Part shown: in pieces, positions 42,703 to 51,679 of the stretch
Layout: every line of letters begins with the position of its first letter
How positions within the stretch are numbered: the first letter of the stretch is position 1
Assembly (NCBI GenBank): GCA_963761345.1
Contig: CAVXGV010000007.1
Coordinates: 115,346 to 179,345, forward strand
Source: an uncultured Gammaproteobacteria bacterium
GTDB taxonomy: Bacteria > Pseudomonadota > Gammaproteobacteria > Steroidobacterales > Steroidobacteraceae
Direction: 5' to 3'
Length of the DNA stretch: 64,000 bases
Notes under the pieces: model-generated
Told to the model about the DNA's origin: nothing
Database searches by the model: none
The model's input: only the letters and a program-made list of their open reading frames with translations
Program-made: the position numbers and the translations under genes

Positions 42703-43383
42703 ATGAAATCGATCTATTCCGCTGCGTTATGGGCCGTGCTGGCATTGAACGTTTCGGCGGCCGCGCACGGCGCGCAAACCTGGACCGAGGGTGTGAATTA
42801 TTTTCTGGTGCAACCGCCGCGTCCGACGTCCGTCGCCCCGGGCAAGGTGGAAGTGACGGAAGTTTTCTCGTACGCGTGTCCGGCTTGCAACATCTTTCAG
42901 CCCACCGCGCATAAGCTGAAACAATCGCTGCCGGCAAATGCGGTGCTCGACTATCTTCCCGCCGCATTCAACCCCGCGGAGGATTGGCCGATGTTTCAAC
43001 TCGCGTACGTCACGGCGCAAGTCCTGGGTGTGGATCAACAGGCGCACGATGCCGTGTTCGATGCCGTGTGGAAGGGCGGTGATTTGAGCATCTCCGATCC
43101 GTCGACGCGGGCCCTCAAGACCCATCTGCCGACCATCGAGGATGCCGCGAAATTCTACAACCAACGCACCGGCGTGCCGGTCGAGAAATTCATCGCGACC
43201 TCGAAGTCCTTCTCGGTCGATCTGAAGGTGCGCACCGATGAGGATCTGGTCACCGCGTACAAGGTGGACCGCACACCCACCATCATCGTCAACGGGAAGT
43301 ATCGATTGCACGTCGAATCGGCCGGGGGCACGGATCAACTCATCGAGTTGGTCAAGTTCCTGGTGGCCAAGGAAAGCAAGTAG
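42703..43383 (+). CDS. dsbA: DsbA-family thiol:disulfide oxidoreductase
   Basis: The ATG at 42703 follows AAGGAG. It has a signal peptide, the active site FSYACPACN (CxxC), and C-terminal TPTIIVNGKY. Confidence 0.85.
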   Translation: MKSIYSAALWAVLALNVSAAAHGAQTWTEGVNYFLVQPPRPTSVAPGKVEVTEVFSYACPACNIFQPTAHKLKQSLPANAVLDYLPAAFNPAEDWPMFQLAYVTAQVLGVDQQAHDAVFDAVWKGGDLSISDPSTRALKTHLPTIEDAAKFYNQRTGVPVEKFIATSKSFSVDLKVRTDEDLVTAYKVDRTPTIIVNGKYRLHVESAGGTDQLIELVKFLVAKESK

Positions 43384-43399
43384 GCCGTTGGAGCGGACC

Positions 43400-44065
43400 A
43401 TGGCAGTGCAAGGCCTCATGAAACAGTTGTTTCTGGGGCATCCGCGCCTATGGATCTCGTTCCTTGCGGGTATCGCGATATTTTTCTTTCTGCCGCACGG
43501 CTGGTCGATCGTAACCCGGGTGCTGGTCTGCTGGAATGGCGGGGTCATGCTCTTTCTGGCGCTGATTCTGTTCTGGATGACGCGCCTCAGCGCCGAGCAA
43601 ATCTGCACCAAGTACATCGAAGAGGACGAGTCCGGCCCTGTCATTCTCGCCGTGGTGGTCATCGCAGCGGTCGCCAGTCTTTTCGCCATTCTGGAACCGC
43701 TCGCGACCATCAAACAGGTTAGCGGTCCGGTCCGGGGCGCGCACTTCGCGCTGGCCGCCCTCACGTTGATCAACTCATGGCTGCTGGTTCCCACCATGTT
43801 CACCACGCATTACGCCGACATGTTTTACAGCGTTGCCGGCGAGGACCGGCCGCTGCATTTCCCGAATACGCCCATGCCCGTGTTCTGGGATTTCGCGTAC
43901 TTTTCCTTCACGATCTCGGCAGCCTGCCAGACCTCGGACGTCTCCACGCGAAGCGCTCCCATGCGCAGGGCCGTGATCGCGCAGACGCTGATCTCCTTCC
44001 TTTTCAACGCTTCGATCCTGGGATTCGCGATCAATGTGACCGCCGGGTTGATCGGCGGGAGTTGA
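43400..44065 (+). CDS. Integral membrane protein, DUF1345-like (from memory)
   Basis: 221 aa with about 5 TM helices and motifs HYADMFY and FAYFSFTISAACQTSDV. Confidence 0.6.
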   Translation: MAVQGLMKQLFLGHPRLWISFLAGIAIFFFLPHGWSIVTRVLVCWNGGVMLFLALILFWMTRLSAEQICTKYIEEDESGPVILAVVVIAAVASLFAILEPLATIKQVSGPVRGAHFALAALTLINSWLLVPTMFTTHYADMFYSVAGEDRPLHFPNTPMPVFWDFAYFSFTISAACQTSDVSTRSAPMRRAVIAQTLISFLFNASILGFAINVTAGLIGGS

Positions 44066-44099
44066 ATTGGAGTGACTCTCACGATTCACTGGGATAGAA

Positions 44100-44119
44100 T
44101 ACTGGATATCCCACCAGTA
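44100..44119. promoter_or_regulatory. LexA/SOS-box-like palindrome TACTG-N10-CAGTA upstream of polB
   Basis: tactggatatcccaccagta has perfect 6-bp arms TACTGG/CCAGTA. Its geometry matches the gammaproteobacterial LexA box (TACTG-N10-CAGTA). It lies 220 nt upstream of the polB ATG. Confidence 0.4.
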
Positions 44120-44151
44120 CTTTAGCAGCCTCTAATGGACGGTGGATCATC

Positions 44152-44187
44152 CAGCACTCCCAGCACTCCCAGCACTCCCAGCACCCC
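44152..44187. repeat. 9-bp tandem repeat (CAGCACTCC) x3 plus one degenerate unit
   Basis: Read directly: cagcactcc cagcactcc cagcactcc cagcacccc, in the polB upstream region. Confidence 0.9.
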
Positions 44188-44339
44188 CGTCGCGCCCGTC
44201 TCACACCTTGCCCACGTTGCCGCGGAAAGTGCGCCAGGTTAAGCCTCGACCTAACCGTCCGAGGCGTGAAGATCAGTCCACCGACACTCGGTGAGCGTTG
44301 CGGCTCGCGGCCACCGCGACATTGACGCAGAATGACCGC

Positions 44340-46721
44340 ATGACGAAGGCACGTGGTTTCATTCTTCAGGCGAGCTATCGCGTGACCTCAGGGCCCAATG
44401 GGCAGCGCCGGCCGGTCGTACACATTCATGGCCGGCTGGAGGGCGGCGATACCTTCGTGGTGCGCGACGACCGGCAGCGTCCTCACTTCTATCTTCGCGC
44501 CGCCGACGCCGGGCGCGCTCGCGCGCTGGGTGTGCCGGAACCGAAGCCGACCGACAAACGCAGTTTCGCGGGGGACGCGGTATGCCGGCTGGAGGTCGAA
44601 ATTCCGCAGGATGTGCCGGGGCTGCGCGATCGACTGCATGCGGCCAATATAGAGACATTCGAGGCCGATGTGCGCTTCGCCGTGCGCTACTTGATCGATC
44701 GCGGCATCAAGGGCGGCTGCGAAATCGACGGGGCATGGGAGCCGGGCAACGGTGTAGCCCGGGTGTATTCCAATCCGACGCTCAGCCCGGCCGAAGTCCA
44801 TGTCGAACCGCGCGTGCTGTCGTTCGACATTGAAACGGATGGCAAGGACGACAATCTGCTCGCGATATCCCTGTACGCCCCGGGCGTCGACGAGGTATTG
44901 ATCGTCGACAGCGCAGATCGCGCCATGCCGGAGCGTGCCACGCGCTGTGCGGATGAGCGTGCTGCATTGGATGCGTTCTGCGCTCGCGTGAAAGAATTCG
45001 ATCCCGACGTGCTGATAGGCTGGAATGTAATCGATTTCGATCTGACGGTGCTGCAGCGGGTTGCGACGCGTTTGAATCACCCCTTCCTCTTGGGGCGAGA
45101 GCCGGGTGCGATCCGTCTGCGCAGGGCAGAGGGATATTTTGGCAGCGGCCGGGCTTTCATTCCCGGCCGATTGGCGTTGGATGGCATCGACTTGCTGCGC
45201 GGAGCGTTCGTGCGCATGGATGAGTATTCGCTCGACGCCGTGGCGCGCGAGGTACTCGGCGAGGGCAAGGCCGTGGCCGGCGACGTACGCGATCGGATCG
45301 CGGAAATCCTGCACAACTACCGGCACGACCTTGCTGCTTTCGCGCTCTACGCGCGTACCGATGCACGGCTCGCCTTCGATATCGTGGCGCGGCTCAATCT
45401 CGTGCGGCTCGCCTGGGCGCGCAGTCTACTGACCGGTATGACCCCCGATCGCGTCGCGGCAAGCATTGCATCCTTCGATTTCCTGTACTTGACCGAACTG
45501 GAGCGGCAGGGCGTCGTTGCTCCGTCCGTGCGCGCCGACGATTCGCGCGTGCATGCGGCCCAGCAGGGCGGTCATGTCCTGGAGTCGGTGCCCGGCTTGC
45601 ACCGCAACGTCTGGGTGTTCGATTTCAAGAGCCTATACCCGAGCATCATCCGTACCTTCAACATCGATCCGCTGTCGTACGTGGAACAGCCGTCGCCGGA
45701 TGCGGATCTCATCCTGACCGCGGGCGGCGCTGCGTTCGCGCGCACGCCGGCGATTCTGCCGCGCATGCTCGACGAACTTTTTCCGCGGCGCGATGCTGCC
45801 AAGAAGGCTGGCGACGGCGTCGCATCCAATGCAATCAAGATCCTGATGAACTCCTTTTACGGCGTGCTCGGCACGCCGGCTTGCCGCTTTTTCAACCCGG
45901 CTCTCGCCAATGCCATCACCGGCACGGGTCGCGAGCTACTGCTGTGGTCGAAGGCGTGGTTCGAGGACGCAGGGTTCAAGGTGCTGTACGGCGATACCGA
46001 CAGTTTGTTCGTCGATTCGCGCTCAGACGATCCGGTCCGCGCACGCGCAGGAGGCGCAGAACTCGCCACGGCGCTGAATGGCGAACTCGGCCGCCATATC
46101 GGCGAGCGCTGGCATGTCGCGAGCCGCCTGGAGCTCAAGTTCGAAAAGCTCTATCTGAAATTGTTCCTGCCGCTCGCCCGCAACGGTACGCGCGGCGCGA
46201 GCAAGCGCTACGCAGGCCTGCTCGGCGGCGCGGAGGCCGACAGCGTCGAGTTCATCGGCATGGAAGTCGTGCGCCGCGACTGGACGGCGCTTGCAAAGCA
46301 GGTGCAGCGCGAGCTCTATCAGCGCCTGTTCACCGACCAATCCGTCGACGCGTATCTGGCGGACGTGGTGAAGAAGGTCAGAAATGGCGACCTCGACGGC
46401 GCGCTCGTGTATCGCAAGAACCTGCGCAAAGACGCCGATGAGTACACGGCGACCACGCCGCCGCACGTGGTCGCGGCGCGCAAGTCCACCCAGTCGCTGG
46501 ATCGGCTCATCAGCTACGTCATGACGACCGCCGGCCCGGAACCGCTCGATAACGTGCAGCACCCGCTCGATCGCGAGCACTACGTGCTGAAGCAGGTGAA
46601 ACCCGTTGCGGAACCGGTGCTGGCGACTCTAGGATTGGATTTCGAGCGTGTCATCGGCGATAGCCGCCAGTTCGATTTCGGATTCAAGGATCTCCCTAAA
46701 CAGAAACTGTCCGCGAAATGA
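44340..46721 (+). CDS. polB: DNA polymerase II (family B)
   Basis: The ATG at 44340 gives 793 aa. Exo motif FDIETDG, Pol motifs DFKSLYPSII and YGDTDSLFV are present. The size matches E. coli-type Pol II. Confidence 0.92.
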   Translation: MTKARGFILQASYRVTSGPNGQRRPVVHIHGRLEGGDTFVVRDDRQRPHFYLRAADAGRARALGVPEPKPTDKRSFAGDAVCRLEVEIPQDVPGLRDRLHAANIETFEADVRFAVRYLIDRGIKGGCEIDGAWEPGNGVARVYSNPTLSPAEVHVEPRVLSFDIETDGKDDNLLAISLYAPGVDEVLIVDSADRAMPERATRCADERAALDAFCARVKEFDPDVLIGWNVIDFDLTVLQRVATRLNHPFLLGREPGAIRLRRAEGYFGSGRAFIPGRLALDGIDLLRGAFVRMDEYSLDAVAREVLGEGKAVAGDVRDRIAEILHNYRHDLAAFALYARTDARLAFDIVARLNLVRLAWARSLLTGMTPDRVAASIASFDFLYLTELERQGVVAPSVRADDSRVHAAQQGGHVLESVPGLHRNVWVFDFKSLYPSIIRTFNIDPLSYVEQPSPDADLILTAGGAAFARTPAILPRMLDELFPRRDAAKKAGDGVASNAIKILMNSFYGVLGTPACRFFNPALANAITGTGRELLLWSKAWFEDAGFKVLYGDTDSLFVDSRSDDPVRARAGGAELATALNGELGRHIGERWHVASRLELKFEKLYLKLFLPLARNGTRGASKRYAGLLGGAEADSVEFIGMEVVRRDWTALAKQVQRELYQRLFTDQSVDAYLADVVKKVRNGDLDGALVYRKNLRKDADEYTATTPPHVVAARKSTQSLDRLISYVMTTAGPEPLDNVQHPLDREHYVLKQVKPVAEPVLATLGLDFERVIGDSRQFDFGFKDLPKQKLSAK

Positions 46722-46890
46722 TTTCAGGCCTGCGGCTGCTCCGGCGCCGATCTCCCGCAACAATTTCAGAAGTACGAGGAGATCCAGCAGCGCACCCGGG
46801 CGAGACGCGACAAGTAGCGGACCTTCTCGCCCCTTTCCTTGTATCGACCCTGGGAAGAAGGGACCAGGGCTGATCCGACAGGGATAGACG

Positions 46891-47115
46891 TTAGATATTG
46901 CAATCCCGCATAAGTTCTGCCATTCGCACACCGAGCCCCTTGGCAACCCTATGGAGCGTGCCGAGAGTCAAGTTTCTTTCGCCGCGCTCGATGGCGCTGT
47001 AATACGCGCGGTGCATTCCGATTAGATCAGCAAATGCCTCTTGGCTGACTTTTAGAGCCGTTCGACGCTTGCGAATCACGGCACCGAGGCTCGTTAGAAG
47101 TTTTTCCTCCCTCAT
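46891..47115 (-). CDS. XRE-family HTH transcriptional regulator
   Basis: 74 aa, with LKVSQEAFADLIGMHRAYYSAIERGERNLTLGTL. It is divergent from the AAA+ gene. Confidence 0.85.
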   Translation of the reverse strand: MREEKLLTSLGAVIRKRRTALKVSQEAFADLIGMHRAYYSAIERGERNLTLGTLHRVAKGLGVRMAELMRDCNI

Positions 47116-47134
47116 TCAAGCCAAGGTATTCATC

Positions 47135-47183
47135 TACTACTTCCATCGCTACCACTTTATAGATAGACTATATATAAGTAGTA
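47135..47183. promoter_or_regulatory. Inverted repeat in the AT-rich XRE / AAA+ divergent promoter region
   Basis: TACTACTT (47135-47142) and AAGTAGTA (47176-47183) flank a TATA-rich stretch (tttatagatagactatatata). Confidence 0.3.
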
Positions 47184-47211
47184 CCTTTTGTGAGAAATCC
47201 GGGCTCGTTTC

Positions 47212-49425
47212 ATGCCGTCCAAACTGCAGATTTCCATCCCGCAGGCCGCCTCCTGGCTTTTGCGTCTGGCGGCGCACCCGCAGCTCTCCGATAACTTATG
47301 TCGCGACGCGGTCGCTTTCTCGGCGTGGTACGCGGCAGCGAGCGACCTGCTCGACTGGCCGGATGAAGTCGAAACGATCCAAAGCACCGAACGCGCGAAA
47401 AAGCTCTCGCTCGATCGGGTGATGAAGTTGCTCGCGCAGATGAACCACACCTTTTCAGGGCGCGCGAGTGCGGAGCAAGCGAAACTCCTCCTCGAAGGCT
47501 ATGCGGTCCACGACTGGGTCTCTGACAATTCCCTTGTATTTCGTACCCTCGCATCGGATAAGCAGGAGACCCGCGGGGTGCTGGATGACATCTCCGACCA
47601 AGCCCGCGAAACCATCTTCCCGTTTGCCGCGCGGCTGCATCAGCTTGGGCGGATACTCGGCCTCTCGCCTCTCGAGCAGGACATCCTCGCGTTCGCCTTC
47701 TTGACTACCGCGTCGCGAGAACTCGCGGGCATTTTCGAGCATCTCGCCGAGAACCGCTGGACTGCCGGTATATTGTGGACGGCGCTTTTCAATACGACTA
47801 CTGAAGATCTCGGCAAAGCCATGCGCCCCAATTCGCCGTTGCGCTTGAGCGGCATGCTGATGGCCGCCGGCCGGCGGGTCCAGATCGCCCGGGTATCGGA
47901 ATTTTGGATCGACCTGATCGCCGGTGGCGAGTCCGTGTTTGATTCACTGCTCGAACCCTTCGACAACAAAATCGGCTCTGGTCGCCCGGCGCGCCTCATG
48001 GAGGAGGATCGCATTCTCGCCACCGAGATATTGAAGCATGACGCTGAACCCGGGGTGAATCTCTTGTTGTACGGTGCGCCATCCCTCGAAAAACGCCAGT
48101 TGCTGCAAGATGTCATCGGCAAATCAGGGCGCCAGGCGTTCCGCGTCCGCCGCTTCGATAGCCTGGAACGGGCGGTATTGCCCTCCCTGACATTCGCCGC
48201 CTTTTCGTTGCTCGCGGCCAGGAAAGATCCAACGGTTCTCATCATCGAGCGTCCGGCGGATGTGCTCCAGACCCATCCCTCGCAGATGATACGATCGCTC
48301 TTCGGGATCGAAATCAGCGCGGAGGATGCGCTTCCGTTCGATGAAAACTTGCTCGCGACGAATCCCGTTCCGGCCATTTGGCTCGCCTCGGACAGTGCGA
48401 GCTTGCCGGAAGACACGATCGCGCGCTTTGTGTTTCACGCCCCCTTGAAGAAAGCGGATCGCACAGAACATGCGCGTTTGGTGCACCTGCGGGTGAAGAA
48501 GCTGAAGTTATCGAAGGCGGCCACCGCCGAGATTCTGAAACTCGACGGTGTGTCGAGCGCGCAGCTCGAATCCGCCGTGAAGGCCGCGCGCCTCGCGGGA
48601 AACCTCTCGAAGGCGGATCACGACGCGGCGGTCGTGCAGGCGATCAGGCGCAGCCAAAGAGCATTGTCGCGCGAGCTGACCGAAAAGCACAAACCCTCGG
48701 TGACCGCATATTCCCTCGACTACTTGAACACCGCCGGGCGCTTTACACCAAAGGACATCTTGAAGTGCTTGAAAAAGCGGCCGCGCGGCTCGGTGCTTCT
48801 CTACGGTCCCCCGGGCACGGGCAAGTCCCAGTTCACCGAGCATTTGTGTCAGCAGCTCGCCATCCCCTTGATTGCCAAAACCGCTTCGGACTTGATGAGC
48901 AAATGGGTGGGGGATAATGAGAAGAATATCGCCGCCGCGTTCGAAGAAGCCGCAGCGGAAGACGGGGCTTTGTTCCTCGATGAGGCCGACAGCTTTTTGC
49001 AGAGCCGTGAACATGCGAGCGCCGGCTGGGAGGTGACTCGGGTCAATGAACTGTTGCAAAAAATGGAGCGCTTCGACGGTATCGTGATCATGGCGACCAA
49101 TTTGTTTCGAGACCTCGATGCCGCGGCGCTGCGCCGCTTTACGTTCAAAATGGAGTTCCTCGAACTCGACGTCGCACAGCGTTGGTCTATGTTTTTGCGC
49201 GAAGCGGGGCTTACCGAGACAATCGCCACCATAGCGCCTGCCACGAAGGAGCGCTGGCAGCAGAAGCTCACGCTGATGAAATTCTTGACCCCGGGAGACT
49301 TTGCGACAGTCAAACGCCAATGCATGGCGCTCGATGCCCAGCTGTCTGCGGATGAGTGGCTCGATCAGCTGCAAATCGAATGTGACATCAAAAATGCGCC
49401 TCGGCGCTTCCGACCCCAACACTGA
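47212..49425 (+). CDS. Large AAA+ ATPase: ~280-aa unknown N-domain, degenerate AAA-like module, active classic-clade AAA module
   Basis: 737 aa. In the active module, Walker A is GPPGTGKS (48805-48828) and Walker B is LFLDEAD (48970-48990). SKWVGDNEKNI, sensor-1 ATN and LRRF are also present. An upstream module has a decayed P-loop LLLYGAPSLEKR and VLIIERPAD (aa 284-350). No obvious SD at the ATG. Confidence 0.8.
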   Translation: MPSKLQISIPQAASWLLRLAAHPQLSDNLCRDAVAFSAWYAAASDLLDWPDEVETIQSTERAKKLSLDRVMKLLAQMNHTFSGRASAEQAKLLLEGYAVHDWVSDNSLVFRTLASDKQETRGVLDDISDQARETIFPFAARLHQLGRILGLSPLEQDILAFAFLTTASRELAGIFEHLAENRWTAGILWTALFNTTTEDLGKAMRPNSPLRLSGMLMAAGRRVQIARVSEFWIDLIAGGESVFDSLLEPFDNKIGSGRPARLMEEDRILATEILKHDAEPGVNLLLYGAPSLEKRQLLQDVIGKSGRQAFRVRRFDSLERAVLPSLTFAAFSLLAARKDPTVLIIERPADVLQTHPSQMIRSLFGIEISAEDALPFDENLLATNPVPAIWLASDSASLPEDTIARFVFHAPLKKADRTEHARLVHLRVKKLKLSKAATAEILKLDGVSSAQLESAVKAARLAGNLSKADHDAAVVQAIRRSQRALSRELTEKHKPSVTAYSLDYLNTAGRFTPKDILKCLKKRPRGSVLLYGPPGTGKSQFTEHLCQQLAIPLIAKTASDLMSKWVGDNEKNIAAAFEEAAAEDGALFLDEADSFLQSREHASAGWEVTRVNELLQKMERFDGIVIMATNLFRDLDAAALRRFTFKMEFLELDVAQRWSMFLREAGLTETIATIAPATKERWQQKLTLMKFLTPGDFATVKRQCMALDAQLSADEWLDQLQIECDIKNAPRRFRPQH

Positions 49426-49483
49426 AGATTCGCTTACACCGCGCTTCAAATAGCTGAACAGGACCGCAGTTGCGCACGAGCAT

Positions 49484-49504
49484 TGATATGGCTATCATGG
49501 CTAT
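49484..49504. promoter_or_regulatory. Operator-like palindrome and direct repeat abutting the antitoxin start codon
   Basis: TGATAtggcTATCA spans 49484-49497. ATGGCTAT occurs twice (49488-49495 and 49497-49504), immediately before the ATG at 49505. Confidence 0.35.
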
Positions 49505-49801
49505 ATGGAAAAGGCTACTGTTTCAAAACTAAAAAACAACCTTAGCGCCTATTTGCGCAAGGTCCGCGCCGGACATGCAGTGGTGATTTACGACCGCGAT
49601 GTGCCGATTGCCCGGCTCGAACGTATCGAATCCACCGGCAGCGGTTCTGATCGACTTGCGTTGCTCTGTGCGCGGGGTCTTGTTCGGCCGCCGGCTCATC
49701 CGCTTTCTCCCACGGGAGTTAATAGCTCGCTCCGTCCAGCGGCACCGCGCAAAGCAGCCTTATCGGCTGCTTTGCAGGCTGATAGGGACGAGGGCCGATG
49801 A
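49505..49801 (+). CDS. Phd/YefM-family type II antitoxin
   Basis: 98 aa. The N-terminus MEKATVSKLKNNLSAYLRKVRAGHAVVIYDRDVPIARL is typical of Phd/YefM. Confidence 0.8.
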   Translation: MEKATVSKLKNNLSAYLRKVRAGHAVVIYDRDVPIARLERIESTGSGSDRLALLCARGLVRPPAHPLSPTGVNSSLRPAAPRKAALSAALQADRDEGR

Positions 49802-49814
49802 GACGCCCCCCGCG

Positions 49815-50240
49815 ATGAAATTCTGGGACTCTTCTGCCGTCCTACCGCTGCTGGCAGACGAACCAACACGTAAGTCAATGCTACGGGTTCTGCAACAGGA
49901 CCCGCAAGTGCTCATCTGGTGGGGTACACCAATTGAGATCGCATCGGCGCTCGCCCGACTCGAGCGAGAAAAATCGATGTCTGCGGATGAGGTCTCGATC
50001 GCGCTGTCGACAGCCCGCCGGCTGGCAGAAAGCTGGCACGAAATTGTACCGTCGGATGCGGTGCGTCGAACGGCCGAGCGTTTGCTGCGTGCGCATCCCC
50101 TGCGCGCCGCGGATAGCCTGCAACTCGCGGCGGCGCTGATCGCGGCAGACCACGATCCCTCCAGTCTCGAGATCGTGTGTCTCGATGCGCGGCTGACCAC
50201 CGCGGCCCGGCGCGAGGGATTTAAAGTTCTCGATGGTTAG
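49815..50240 (+). CDS. vapC: PIN-domain ribonuclease toxin (VapC-like)
   Basis: The ATG at 49815 gives 141 aa. It has an N-terminal acidic residue (FWDSS) and AADSLQLAAAL. It lies 14 nt after the antitoxin stop. Confidence 0.8.
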   Translation: MKFWDSSAVLPLLADEPTRKSMLRVLQQDPQVLIWWGTPIEIASALARLEREKSMSADEVSIALSTARRLAESWHEIVPSDAVRRTAERLLRAHPLRAADSLQLAAALIAADHDPSSLEIVCLDARLTTAARREGFKVLDG

Positions 50241-50273
50241 GCTTTGCATGTATTCTGGAATAAAAAGTGCCGC

Positions 50274-51572
50274 TCAATTGGCGGGCGTTTTGACGACGTC
50301 GCCGCCCTTCATGACGAAGCCCACGGTTTGCAGCCGGGCGATGTCCTCGAGCGGATCGCCGGCGACGGCGATGAGATCGCCGTAGCGTCCGACGGCGATG
50401 GCGCCGACATCGCCGGGCCGTCCGAGCGCCTCGGCGGCATTGGCGGTGGCAGCCTGGATGGCCTGCATGGGCGTCATGCCCCATTTGACCATGGTGACGA
50501 ACTGGCGCGCATTGAAGCCATTGGGGTATACGCCCGCGTCGGTTCCGAAAATCATTTTCACGCCCGCTTTCACCGCTGCTTGAAAGGTCTGACGCTGTTT
50601 CAAGCCGATCATGCGTTCCTTCTCGAGCGACTCTTTGTACAGGCCGTTCTTCTCGCCTTCGGCCAGGATGTAATCATCGTTGTAGATGTCCATGGAGAAC
50701 CAGGTGCCATGCTGCTTGGCCAGCGCGAATGCCTCAGCGTCGGCGAGACTGGCATGTTCGATGGTGTCGACACCGGCGCGTATGGCGTCCTTGATCCCGG
50801 AAGTGCCATGGGCGTGCACCGCCACGCGCAGCCCGAGCATGTGCGCCTCATCGACCAGTGCCTTCATTTCGCTCAGATCGTATTGCTGCGCGCCCACGCT
50901 GTCGGTCTTGGAGAGCACGCCTCCGGTGCCGCAAAATTTGATGACTTCGGCGCCGTACTTGCGCAACTTGCGCACCGTGGCGCGAATTTCCTCGGGACCG
51001 TTCGCGACCGCCGGCCTGGCGGCCGAGACCGATGGCGGCAATTCCGTGGCGTCGCAGTGGCCGCCGGTGGCGCCGATGGCGTAGGTCGCGGGAACGATGC
51101 GCGGACCTGTCGTGATGCCTTGCTCGATTGCCTGCTTGATGGCGACGTCATCATAGTTGGCGGACCCCACATTGCGGATCGTGGTGAAGCCGGCCTCCAG
51201 CGTCTTCTTCGCGTTGGCGACGCCGACCACGGTCCAGAAATTATCCGTGAATTGCAGGCGGCGATAGCCGCTGAAATGCGGATCCGATGTCAGGTGCGTA
51301 TGCATGTCGATCAAGCCGGGCAGCAGCGTCATACCCGGAAGATCCACGCGGCGCGCTCCAGGCGCCAATGCCGATCCTTGTACGCCCACCGCGCTGATGC
51401 GCCCGTCCGTAATGGTGATTTGCGGCCGGTCGATGATCCGTCCGGTCAACACGTCGATCATTCGATCGGCGCTCACCACGACGGTGTCGGCAGATGCAGC
51501 GGTCACGGCGCCAAGGCCAAGTGCCAGTGCGGCGATGACTCCCGCGCAAAGAAAGAGCTTCGATTTCAGCAT
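50274..51572 (-). CDS. Exported metal-dependent amidohydrolase family protein
   Basis: The ATG at 51572 (MLKSKLFL...) starts a signal peptide. GLIDMHTHL is the metal-binding HxH motif. About 432 aa. Confidence 0.82.
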   Translation of the reverse strand: MLKSKLFLCAGVIAALALGLGAVTAASADTVVVSADRMIDVLTGRIIDRPQITITDGRISAVGVQGSALAPGARRVDLPGMTLLPGLIDMHTHLTSDPHFSGYRRLQFTDNFWTVVGVANAKKTLEAGFTTIRNVGSANYDDVAIKQAIEQGITTGPRIVPATYAIGATGGHCDATELPPSVSAARPAVANGPEEIRATVRKLRKYGAEVIKFCGTGGVLSKTDSVGAQQYDLSEMKALVDEAHMLGLRVAVHAHGTSGIKDAIRAGVDTIEHASLADAEAFALAKQHGTWFSMDIYNDDYILAEGEKNGLYKESLEKERMIGLKQRQTFQAAVKAGVKMIFGTDAGVYPNGFNARQFVTMVKWGMTPMQAIQAATANAAEALGRPGDVGAIAVGRYGDLIAVAGDPLEDIARLQTVGFVMKGGDVVKTPAN

Positions 51573-51679
51573 CCCATCATCCTCTTGCACCGTAAGACTC
51601 GGCCTCGAGGCTGAGGATAGCAGGTGCACTCTGAGGTGTGACCATCTTTGTTGATGCTCGATTCTAAATAGCCACCCAT

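Noticed and set aside
46722-50273. Calling the XRE/AAA+/phd-vapC segment a mobile element
   Set aside because: No integrase, transposase, tRNA target, inverted terminal repeats or flanking direct repeats are visible. It is reported only as a possible accessory islet.
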